Both the position numbers and the translations under genes were made by a program. This document shows positions 28,475 to 37,216 of a DNA stretch of 64,000 nt, piece after piece. The notes beneath the pieces are model-generated. The model did no database searches. It had not been told where the DNA came from and saw nothing but the letters and a program-made list of their open reading frames with translations. The stretch covers positions 2,624,001 to 2,688,000 of the forward strand of contig OY759599.1 of the NCBI GenBank assembly GCA_963662465.1, read 5' to 3'. This DNA is from Desulfatiglandales bacterium. GTDB lineage: Bacteria > Desulfobacterota > DSM-4660 > Desulfatiglandales > Desulfatiglandaceae. Position 1 is the stretch's first letter; every line of letters starts with the position of its first letter.

Positions 28475-28660
28475 ATGGATCAAAATAACTTGAAACAAAA
28501 AGACCTGGTCGGGGTTTTGGGAGGAAAATCTACTGTTTCAGAGATACTGAACGGCAAAAGGTCCATGAACCTTCAACATCTCAGGGCACTGGCTGACAGA
28601 TTCCATGTTGAACCGGTAACATTCGTTTATCTTCATACTTTGCCGGCGGAGACCGGTTGA
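28475..28660 (+). pseudogene. C-terminal HTH remnant of a HigA-type antitoxin
   Basis: MDQNNLKQKDLVGVLGGKSTVSEILNGKRSMNLQHLRALADRFHV; N-terminal half and toxin gene absent; starts right after the REPIN. Confidence 0.65.
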
Positions 28661-28810
28661 CCCAAAATCCATCCATATCCTGAAGCATATCAAAGTAGGA
28701 TTCCACCTTAAGAGCAATCCTCAGGATTTTTCCCACCTTCTTCCCTCTTGACTGGACCCATGAATGCATCTAAAATTGAAAGATCAATTTTTCATAAAGG
28801 AATGTTTCTG

Positions 28811-29767
28811 ATGTCCAATCAACCCGATTATGATTCCCCTTGGAAAGATATTCTGGAACGTTTTTTCTTCGACTTTGTTAGGTTCTTTTTCCCCGACGTT
28901 CACGCCGGTATTGACTGGGACAGAGAATGCACCTTTATGGACAAGGAGTTTCAGCAACTTGTCAGGGATTCGGAGATGGGACGCAGGCTTGCCGATAAAC
29001 TGGTCAGGGTGCATACCCGTGACGGCGAACCCCTCATGGTTTTGGCGCATATAGAGGTACAGGGGCAATATGAACGTGATTTCCCCGAGCGGATATATGT
29101 TTACAATTACCGGATTTATGACAAGTACCGCTGTCCCGTGGTGAGTCTTGCAGTGTTGACGGATGAAAACCCAACGTGGCGTCCCACTTCCTTCGGCTAC
29201 AAACAATGGGGATTCCGGCTCGAAATCGAATTTCCCATGACCAAGCTTTTGGATTATAATGACATGGCGATGCTGGAAAACAATCCCAATCCCTTTGCCA
29301 TCGTGGTCATGGCGCATTTAAAGGCGATGGAGACCCGTCATGCCCCCCAAAAACGGTTTGAGTGGAAATGGCGTCTTACCATGGCGTTGTACGATCGGGG
29401 ATATAAAAAACAGGATGTGATTCACCTTTTTCTATTCATCGACTGGATCATGACCCTTCCCGATGAACTGAAAAAAGATTTCTCAGAACGGATCATTGCT
29501 TATGAGGAGGAAAGAAAAATGAAATTTATCAGCAGTGTAGAAGAACTGGGCATGGAAAAAGGCATGGAAAAAGGCATGCTGGCAGATGCCAGGGAAATGG
29601 TTGCCGAAGTGCTTTCCACAAGGTTTTCTCAAATTCCTGAAAAGATCGTCAAAGCGATTTCTACCATTGAAGATCGAAAGATTTTGAAAGAACTCCTTAA
29701 AAAAGCAGTGTTAACCCAATCGCTGGAACAGTTTGAATCTGAATTTCAAAGCAATGCAAACTGTTGA
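28811..29767 (+). CDS. Rpn-family PD-(D/E)xK nuclease / putative transposase
   Basis: DYDSPWK, ADKLV, HIEVQ, R.YVYNYRIYD, NPFA motifs and C-terminal EKGMEKGM repeats. Confidence 0.82.
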   Translation: MSNQPDYDSPWKDILERFFFDFVRFFFPDVHAGIDWDRECTFMDKEFQQLVRDSEMGRRLADKLVRVHTRDGEPLMVLAHIEVQGQYERDFPERIYVYNYRIYDKYRCPVVSLAVLTDENPTWRPTSFGYKQWGFRLEIEFPMTKLLDYNDMAMLENNPNPFAIVVMAHLKAMETRHAPQKRFEWKWRLTMALYDRGYKKQDVIHLFLFIDWIMTLPDELKKDFSERIIAYEEERKMKFISSVEELGMEKGMEKGMLADAREMVAEVLSTRFSQIPEKIVKAISTIEDRKILKELLKKAVLTQSLEQFESEFQSNANC

Positions 29768-29771
29768 CGCC

Positions 29772-29815
29772 GTAGGGGCAGGCCCCCGTGCCTGCCCTGC
29801 CCCTGTGCCTACCCT
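29772..29815 (+). repeat. GTAG REP copy plus partial duplicate
   Basis: gtaggggcaggcccccgtgcctgccct followed by gcccctgtgcctaccct. Confidence 0.7.
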
Positions 29816-29854
29816 GAAGATACGGTATGAACCACCAAACAAACCTCTCCCCTT

Positions 29855-30235
29855 TCAAAACCCCTTCATCATCCCCATAATCAGATACGGCACTTCCACC
29901 CTGCCCGTGGGCGCCAGAATCCGACTGTTGAAGTTGGTGGTGTATCGCTTTTTCAGCGTACGGGACAACTTCCGGTACTCTGTGGTATCGACGGCTTCGG
30001 CGACACTCACAAAGGTGCAGGCCGTGCATTCCGCCGGAATTTTCGGTCCCGTGTCGACGGAAAGCCGCCAGCCGTGGGTCACTGGCACCCCCAGTTACTT
30101 CATTATGGGAATGGCTTCATCCCTGACAAACCGGTTGTGTTCGTCTTCCTTGCCCGGTACGATGTCGTAATACTGGTTGAACTTCCAGGCGCCGGCCTGA
30201 ATGCTGAAGGTCCGGTCGCGAAATTGGACCTGTGG
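29855..30235 (-). pseudogene. Interrupted, 5'-truncated hypothetical gene
   Basis: Frame reads AWKFNQYYDIVPGKEDEHNRFVRDEAIPIMK*LGVPVTHGWRL...ILAPTGRVEVPYLIMGMMKGF* with an in-frame TAA at 30097-30095. Confidence 0.5.
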
Positions 30236-30384
30236 CCCCTGAACCCGTGAATGTGGGAAGATACATTATTTTATCACTTTTGAAAGCGCCAGGGCTGCGA
30301 AATCGCCTTGTCCCGCAACGCCTTCACCCCCGGTAACAGACCAGTTCCAACTGGGCGACGAGCTGACAACCACCAGAATGGCCC

Positions 30385-30500
30385 CTTCCTGAATCCAGCG
30401 CCCGCAAAGGCCCAGGACTCTTCATCTCATCATCATGGGTGTACAAATCCAAGGAATGGTCATGTTCCTCGCTAAAAACAACGCTCTTCTGGGCCACTCG
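30385..30500 (-). pseudogene. Decayed fragment of a third PpsA-like PEP-utilising gene
   Basis: RVAQKSVVFSEEHDHSLDLYTH matches RLAQKSGVFSEEHDHYLDLYTH of 35239..36921; the DNA aligns with about 35835-35950. Confidence 0.75.
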
Positions 30501-31093
30501 TAGAATCTTTTTTGGTTCCACTACCAGAGGAGGTTTGCATTCTTATGACCGAAAGGGCAATAAAAGTTGCTCTTATACCTAAAATATAAAAAAATAGAAT
30601 GGTTATATTTGGGTGTTTCAGTTATTTTTGAACGGTGGGGGTTATTATGTAGAAAACTTTCACTTTACTTCATAAGGAATCCAAAAATGAAAATCACGTG
30701 CTTGGGTTACGATAAGATGGAGTTTAAATTAGATCCTCCTGAGGCAGGAATAGTAAAGATTATAACCTTCGTTTGCCCTGAGTGAGGAGAACGCACAGCT
30801 ATTTCGGAACTACCGGGTGGGGGATTGGTCATTGCAGTTGATACGTATCGGAAGGAAACCGTCAAATGGGCATCATTTTGTCTTCCAAATTAGATGCTGC
30901 ACTGGGATATACCGACCGTGAGGACTTAAATTGATGAGAGCTGGCCTTGCAAAAACAGGTCGAGAATGCTCAATCATTATAATCACTTGCGTTTCAGGCC
31001 GGCATAGTAACGTGGGCAATGAAACTGTGGTTCGATTGGGATGATCACTAAAAATAAGCTATCTTGTTTTATGGATTGAAAAGAGAAGAGTAC

Positions 31094-34000
31094 ATGGCAG
31101 ATCTACTTGATACTCAACAGATTCAAACATCTATTTCCAGGCTACTGGGTGAGGCAGCTAGACAGCTTGCTTCTTTTCTTGAGACGATATTGCCATCTCT
31201 TGTAGAGGATTGGTGGAAACAGGCCGTCGTCAACAACCTTTCATACCAACAACAACGCCGGGTCAAACAACACAACATTGAATCATTGGGATCTCTTGAC
31301 CTTGCAGCTTTGATTCGCATCCTCGATCAAAATTGGTATCAGATTTCCACAAAGCTGAACTTGGCCTCTGAATCCCGCCATTTTATCAAAGAAATGCAAA
31401 CAATTCGAAATCGTTGGGCACATTCTGGCACCGATGGATTCCCGGTCGATGATGTTTATCGTGACATGGATACCCTGCAACGGTTTGCAGCCGTCATAGA
31501 TGCGGACGAGGGATTTATAAAAGCGGTTCAAGCCGCAAAAGCGTCCTTATTGTCCAATAGATATCTCGAACATCATGAGAGGGCAGTTCCAGAGCAGCGA
31601 CCTAATCCGGGGGCTAAGGATGGTGGCACTGAGTTCAAGCCCGGACAAATCGTTTCCCTCAAATCAGATCCATCCATTAAGGGCGCTATTGTTGGGGTTT
31701 TCCCCGGTATTCCGGAGAATCGTTTCAAGGTTTTTGTGGATGGGGACACGCAAGCTTACTATGCATCTCAACTCCAAACTGATGATCAACCAGATGACGA
31801 TTTTCAACTCCTAAAAATAAATCAATTTCACTCGTATCTTACATCCCTTCAAATTCGATATCCTGGACTATCGACACTCTATTCGCTTAACGCTGCCCGC
31901 ATTGACTTCATTCCTTACCAATTCAGGCCTGTTCTAAAATTCATCCGATCGGACCGCCCCAGATTGCTTATCGCCGACGGTGTGGGTGTGAGAAAAACCA
32001 TCGAAGCAGGGCTGATTCTTCGCGAATTACAAGCGAGGCGAGACCTTCGATCGATTCTAATTATTTGCCCACGCCCTCTAATAACTGAGCGAAAATGGTA
32101 TATCGAAATGAAACGGTTTGAAGAACGTTTCACACATCTCGATGGTGGCACATTGAGGTACTGCATTAATGAGATGGATCTGGAAGGAATTTGGCCTGAG
32201 CAATACCAGCGAGTGATTATCCCCTATTCTTTGTTCGATGAAATTTTGCTATACGGCTCTAAGCCTGGCGGCAAGCGAAAGCCTAAAAAAGGGCTCCTGG
32301 ACCTGGACCCACCTCCGCGTTTCGATCTCGTTATCGTGGACGAAGCACACCACATTCGGAATCAGGATACTTTTAGCCATAAAGCGGTAAGATTTTTCTG
32401 TGATCATGCCGAAGCAGTCGTTTTCCTCTCGGGCACTCCCATTCAACTCGGTAATTATGACCTGTTTGTTTTGCTCAACACACTCCGCCCCGATCTCATT
32501 ATTAATATTGAGAGCTTCGAACATATGGCGGAGCCCAATCCGTTCATAAATAGCGCTGTGAACTTTGCACGCTCTCAAGAACCCGAATGGACCGTTCGTG
32601 CCACTGAAGCTCTTGGCCAGGCCGCCTCGACTTCCTGGGGTCAGGCCATTCTTAGAAACAACCCCGAGTTCGATCGAATACGAAAGCGGCTCATCAGAGG
32701 TGACGTGGCATTAGAGGAACGGGTACAGATAATTACGGACCTTGAAGCGTTGCACACCTTCTCAGGAATAATCAACCGAACACGACGCTGTGATATCGGG
32801 AATTTTACAATACGCAAACCGGAGACGGTGGTTGTTGAATTCACGCCGGAGCAAAAAAGCCTACATGACGATCTGCTGAAAATTCAGATCGAGATATTCA
32901 GTCGACTGCATAACGACGTCAATGTCAAGTTCATGATGACAACGATCAGACGCCAAGCGGCGAGCTGTCTTTTTGGCCTTGTCCCCTTCCTCGAAGACAT
33001 ACTCAATCGTCATCTTGATGAATTGCACTGGGAAGAAGCCGACAATATGGATTCGGTGCCCCGGACTGATACAATTGACAGTATTGAGTCCCAAATCCAA
33101 TCCATACTTGATCAAGCGCGCATACTGGACCCTTACGATCCGAAGCTCGATTCTTTACGGAAAATCATCCGAGACAAGCAGGTTTTGTCAAACAACAAGG
33201 TTATGCTTTTCAGCAGTTTCCGCCATACCCTTCACTATCTTTTCGAGCATCTTCGGGCTGATGGTTTACGAGTCGGCTTGGTTCATGGCGGAACCCCGGA
33301 TGAAGAGCGTGTAGATCTGCGACGCCGTTTTGGACTTTCCAAAGAACAAGAAGATGCCGTCGATGTGTTGTTGTTTTCTGAAATCGGCTGTGAAGGCCTT
33401 GATTACCAATTCTGTGATTCCATTGTAAATTATGACCTTCCATGGAATCCCATGCGGGTTGAACAGCGGATCGGCCGAATCGATAGAAACGGGCAAAAAA
33501 GCGAGAGTGTTGCCATTTACAACCTTATTACGCCGGGCACTGTCGATGCAGATATCTATGAACGCTGTCTTGTTCGCATCGGTGTGTTTAACAACGCCTT
33601 GGGAGGCAGCGAGGAAATCCTCGGGGGAATAACACGAGAGATCAGAAACATCGCGGAAAATTTTCACCTTACTGATGAGGAGCGCAGATCAAAGCTTCAG
33701 CAGTTGTCAGACAACGAGGTTCGGTTGGTACAGGAACATGAAAAACTTGAACAGCACCAGTTGGAACTTTTTGGCATTCGCCTTCCTGAAGATCAAATGA
33801 AAAAAGAAATTGAGGATGCGTCAAGTTTCTGGTTGTCACCTGAATCATTACAAAGACTTATCCATCTCTATCTTCAGGAAACTTGCGGTAAAGACCAAGA
33901 ATTCATACTTGGTGAAAAGCCTCTTAAAACACTCCGTCTTTCACAAAAATCACGATCCGCTATTCTCCGGGCCTTCCGAGTACTTCCCCGTCAAACCACA

Positions 34001-34267
34001 ACCGCTTATCGGGAATGGGAAACCTGGCTCAAGGGAGGAAATCCCCACCTGCTCGTAACCTTCGAGTCCGAATGCGCGTCACAGAACCCAGAAGCTGCCT
34101 TCATAATGCCTCTTCACCCATTAGTGAAGCAGGCGGCCATGTCATTTGACTGGAAGAAACGAGTCGTAACGACACTAAAGATAAACAGCGACGAAGTTCC
34201 GGCCGGCAATTATAAATTCGCGATCTATCAATGGAAATTCCACCAGAAACGCAGACGGCGTTGCTGA
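31094..34267 (+). CDS. SNF2-family helicase with N-terminal Swt1-like HEPN domain (possibly degenerate)
   Basis: LDLAALIRIL..NW...IRNRWAH (HEPN RxxxxH-like), PYQ, ADGVGVRKT, DEAHH, LSGTP, EGLDYQF, NYDLPWNPMRVEQRIGRIDR.GQ. Confidence 0.85.
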   Translation: MADLLDTQQIQTSISRLLGEAARQLASFLETILPSLVEDWWKQAVVNNLSYQQQRRVKQHNIESLGSLDLAALIRILDQNWYQISTKLNLASESRHFIKEMQTIRNRWAHSGTDGFPVDDVYRDMDTLQRFAAVIDADEGFIKAVQAAKASLLSNRYLEHHERAVPEQRPNPGAKDGGTEFKPGQIVSLKSDPSIKGAIVGVFPGIPENRFKVFVDGDTQAYYASQLQTDDQPDDDFQLLKINQFHSYLTSLQIRYPGLSTLYSLNAARIDFIPYQFRPVLKFIRSDRPRLLIADGVGVRKTIEAGLILRELQARRDLRSILIICPRPLITERKWYIEMKRFEERFTHLDGGTLRYCINEMDLEGIWPEQYQRVIIPYSLFDEILLYGSKPGGKRKPKKGLLDLDPPPRFDLVIVDEAHHIRNQDTFSHKAVRFFCDHAEAVVFLSGTPIQLGNYDLFVLLNTLRPDLIINIESFEHMAEPNPFINSAVNFARSQEPEWTVRATEALGQAASTSWGQAILRNNPEFDRIRKRLIRGDVALEERVQIITDLEALHTFSGIINRTRRCDIGNFTIRKPETVVVEFTPEQKSLHDDLLKIQIEIFSRLHNDVNVKFMMTTIRRQAASCLFGLVPFLEDILNRHLDELHWEEADNMDSVPRTDTIDSIESQIQSILDQARILDPYDPKLDSLRKIIRDKQVLSNNKVMLFSSFRHTLHYLFEHLRADGLRVGLVHGGTPDEERVDLRRRFGLSKEQEDAVDVLLFSEIGCEGLDYQFCDSIVNYDLPWNPMRVEQRIGRIDRNGQKSESVAIYNLITPGTVDADIYERCLVRIGVFNNALGGSEEILGGITREIRNIAENFHLTDEERRSKLQQLSDNEVRLVQEHEKLEQHQLELFGIRLPEDQMKKEIEDASSFWLSPESLQRLIHLYLQETCGKDQEFILGEKPLKTLRLSQKSRSAILRAFRVLPRQTTTAYREWETWLKGGNPHLLVTFESECASQNPEAAFIMPLHPLVKQAAMSFDWKKRVVTTLKINSDEVPAGNYKFAIYQWKFHQKRRRRC

Positions 34268-34529
34268 GAACTATTTCGAGGCGTGTATTTCATATGGTAA
34301 CGCCAGTTATCTTAACGACGCAGGTAATATGCTTTGTGTCAGTGCTGATACTATGGCCAAATTCAAGCATGCAAGTGTTCGATTTTTAGAAAGAATTGAA
34401 GATGTAATCGAAATATTCAAGGCAAATGGCGAATCATCAGAAAGCATATCTGTAGAAGTGCAGATAGCAGGCGAAAAGCGCGTCATTCAATGGAGTCAGC
34501 GTCATTTTATGCGAGTCGAAGCGGCATTC

Positions 34530-35143
34530 AAGGGGTTACTGTGGCCGGCTTGCTGATGTTCGGCAAGGAGGAAGCTCTGCGCGAAGCACTGCCCCAGTAT
34601 CATGTGGATTATAGGGAAAAGCTTTCCGATGACCCGGAGATCCGATGGACGGATCGTTTCACCATTGACGGCACATGGGCGGGAAACCTCTTCCATTTCT
34701 ATTTGCGGGTAATTCAAAGACTGTCAGCGGATTTGAAACTCCCGTTCCAACTCGACACCGACCTCTTCCGCAAAGGGGAGACGGTCGTACACGAAGCGAT
34801 CCGCGAAACCTTGGTCAATGCCCTGATTCATGCCGATTATCAAGGCATGGGGGGCATCGTGGTTGAAAAACATCGGGAACGTCTGGAATTTTCCAATCCG
34901 GGATCCCTGCTGATTTCGTTCGATCAACTCCTGCGCGGCAATGTCAGCGAATGCCGCAATAAGTTTCTGCAAACCATGTTCATGATGATCGGCGCGGGAG
35001 AAAAGGCTGGGTCCGGGGTTGATAAAATCCGACGGGGGTGGGCGTCGCAACATTGGCGCGACCCCATAGTGACGGAGCAGGTTCAGCCCGATAGGGTGCA
35101 ATAGATACTTCCCATGATGAGCATGATCCCTGAAGAGACATGA
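34530..35143 (+). pseudogene. Internal fragment of an AlbA/RecG-C-type (HATPase_c_4) ATP-binding protein
   Basis: TVAGLLMFG, AIRETLVNALIHADY, FSNPG, CRN, EKAGSG. No N-terminal domain. PDRVQ*ILPMMSMIPEET suggests a TGG-to-TAG nonsense change. Confidence 0.72.
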
Positions 35144-35238
35144 ATGAGCCAACCACACCCCCTGTACTTCAAAACCAATCACGCCATCCGCCCCAAAAGT
35201 CAGGTGAAAATAACTCAGCTCCCCGGATTGCCGCCGGA

Positions 35239-36921
35239 TCACTTGTCCAGGATGTAAACGGTTCCCATGTTTGCGTCCACCTTCACCCTCTGTCCCGACC
35301 GGATCTTGGCGGTGCCTTCGAACACATTCATAACCACGGGAATACCGTACTCACGACCCGCGATGGCCGCGTGAGACAGGCTGCCCCCGCGATCCACGAT
35401 AACCCCCTTGATCATGCTGAATACGGGCGTCCAACTGGGAGACGTACCGGCCGCCACCAGGATGTCCCCTTCCTCGATCAGACCCAGTTTATCTTCGCTC
35501 ATGATCACACGGGCCGTACCCTCGGCCACTCCGGGCGACCCGCAGGCGCCGTAGAGATCCGCCTTCAATTCGGGCCTCACCTGGGGCATGGCGCCCACCA
35601 CCACCTTGAGTGCAATGGGGTCATTGCTCTTGACCAGAACCGCCATGGCCTGATCCAGGTCGAACCCTTCCTTGAGCAGGGCCGGCGGGTTGGGATTCTT
35701 GCACCACCCTTCCCATTCCGCTTTTCTTCGCGCCACAACATGACGCATATTAAACTGATCCGGATTGATGCCGGCCCGGCGCACTTCATCCGGCTGAAGG
35801 AAAAAGATGTCCTCGGCATCATCGATGGCCCCTTCCCGGACCCAGCGCCTGCCCAGGCCCAGGGCGCTTCGTCTCATCATGGCGTGGGTGTAGAGATCCA
35901 GATAATGGTCATGCTCCTCACTGAAAACGCCGCTCTTCTGGGCCAAGCGCATCAGTTTCGTAAACCACCTTCGCTGTTCCCGGGGCACCTTTTCAAGGAC
36001 CTCTTTTTCAGCCTTCACCCTGGCCTCGGAAACCTTGGCCCTTTCCGCCTCCAGATTGAAATCACCGCCCTTTTGCAGGAACTGCTTCACGCTCATCAAG
36101 GCCGGGGTGGGATCTTCCACCCATGTGGGCATGTTCATCTCGCTCATACGCTGCATGCGCCACCCGTCCTCGTCCATGAACTCGGAAAAATCCTTCATGA
36201 AAGCCCGGCCTTTGTCACCGGCCTCCAGTCTGGATTTAATGCCTTCCAACGCGCCTTCCAGAAATTCGCTTTCAAGGCCGTCTTCCCGGGCGCGTTTGGA
36301 GAACTCCCACAAGCGCTTGTCAACCTGGAACACCTTGTTGTCAAAACCCGAAACCAAATGATGAAACTGAGGAGAAGTGTCGTCGATTCCCGCCAGTTCC
36401 CGACACATGTTTTCAAAAAGGATATAGGCGGTGTAGGCGCCGTACATCATATACATGTGGATTTCCCACATACGACGGCAGGTGTTGATGGTTTCTTCGA
36501 AATTATCCAGCAGTTCCAGGTTTTCGGCCGTGTCCGGAACCCGCTTTTTCAGTTCTTCATAACGACCCAGCATTTCCTTTATAAAACCATTCCACAAGCC
36601 GTCATAGTCCTGGATAAAGGGGAGAATGGCCGTTCGAAATTTCTTTTCCCGGCGCTGCTTTTCCGCCTCGCTTTTGACCACCAGAAGGGTCAGGTAGCCA
36701 CCGCCGTTATGAAAACGCCAATCCCAGCCTTTGACCGTCGGCAGACTGAGTTTTTCGGCCCCATACTGCATTCCGTGACGACAAAAGTTCACCCAGAACC
36801 ACCCGAACATGGGGGTCCATGGGGGCACCGAATGGGTGCCGTCCAGAAACCAGGCAGGCGATTGTTCAAAGTCGCTTTCCGGATCAAATTCCAATCCCGG
36901 CGCCACATCATACACTTTCAT
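35239..36921 (-). CDS. PEP-utilising enzyme, phenylphosphate synthase subunit A-like (substrate-binding plus His-swivel domain)
   Basis: WFLDGTHS.PP.TP N-terminus; SPGVAEG, TSPSWTPVF, DRGGSLSHAAIAGREYGIP; no ATP-grasp domain. Confidence 0.85.
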   Translation of the reverse strand: MKVYDVAPGLEFDPESDFEQSPAWFLDGTHSVPPWTPMFGWFWVNFCRHGMQYGAEKLSLPTVKGWDWRFHNGGGYLTLLVVKSEAEKQRREKKFRTAILPFIQDYDGLWNGFIKEMLGRYEELKKRVPDTAENLELLDNFEETINTCRRMWEIHMYMMYGAYTAYILFENMCRELAGIDDTSPQFHHLVSGFDNKVFQVDKRLWEFSKRAREDGLESEFLEGALEGIKSRLEAGDKGRAFMKDFSEFMDEDGWRMQRMSEMNMPTWVEDPTPALMSVKQFLQKGGDFNLEAERAKVSEARVKAEKEVLEKVPREQRRWFTKLMRLAQKSGVFSEEHDHYLDLYTHAMMRRSALGLGRRWVREGAIDDAEDIFFLQPDEVRRAGINPDQFNMRHVVARRKAEWEGWCKNPNPPALLKEGFDLDQAMAVLVKSNDPIALKVVVGAMPQVRPELKADLYGACGSPGVAEGTARVIMSEDKLGLIEEGDILVAAGTSPSWTPVFSMIKGVIVDRGGSLSHAAIAGREYGIPVVMNVFEGTAKIRSGQRVKVDANMGTVYILDK

Positions 36922-37090
36922 TTTTTTCCTCCTTTGAAAACATGTTTTCGGAAAACAGAAGTATGTTGGAAAGGTTGAAACCGGAAAAGTATATGAACAA
37001 TTGATATCGGTTGCGGATGAATCCGGCCAAGAACACGCATTCAGGCGTATTCGCGTGCTCCTCAGCCTCTTGTGTTATTATCAATAAAAT

Positions 37091-37190
37091 GTAACAGCTC
37101 AAAAAAACAGGAGTACTTTAAGGCTCACGCCTGAAATCCTTATTCGGAGTTTACCCGTAATGCTTTTACCCCGATTTATTGAGCTGTTAC
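37091..37190. mobile_element. 100-bp MITE with 12-bp terminal inverted repeats and 8-bp target-site duplication
   Basis: gtaacagctcaa ... ttgagctgttac flanked by aataaaat on both sides (37083-37090 and 37191-37198). Confidence 0.8.
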
Positions 37191-37216
37191 AATAAAATCC
37201 TGTTCCTCATGCCCCG

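Noticed and set aside
34329..34556. 75-aa ORF between the helicase and the ATPase fragment
   Set aside because: No motif or clear RBS, and it lies in decayed sequence; cannot be supported.
35140..36978. 612-aa plus-strand ORF and similar long antisense ORFs (12009..13325, 41310..42617, 48262..49299)
   Set aside because: Shadow frames of well-supported minus-strand genes; no motifs of their own.
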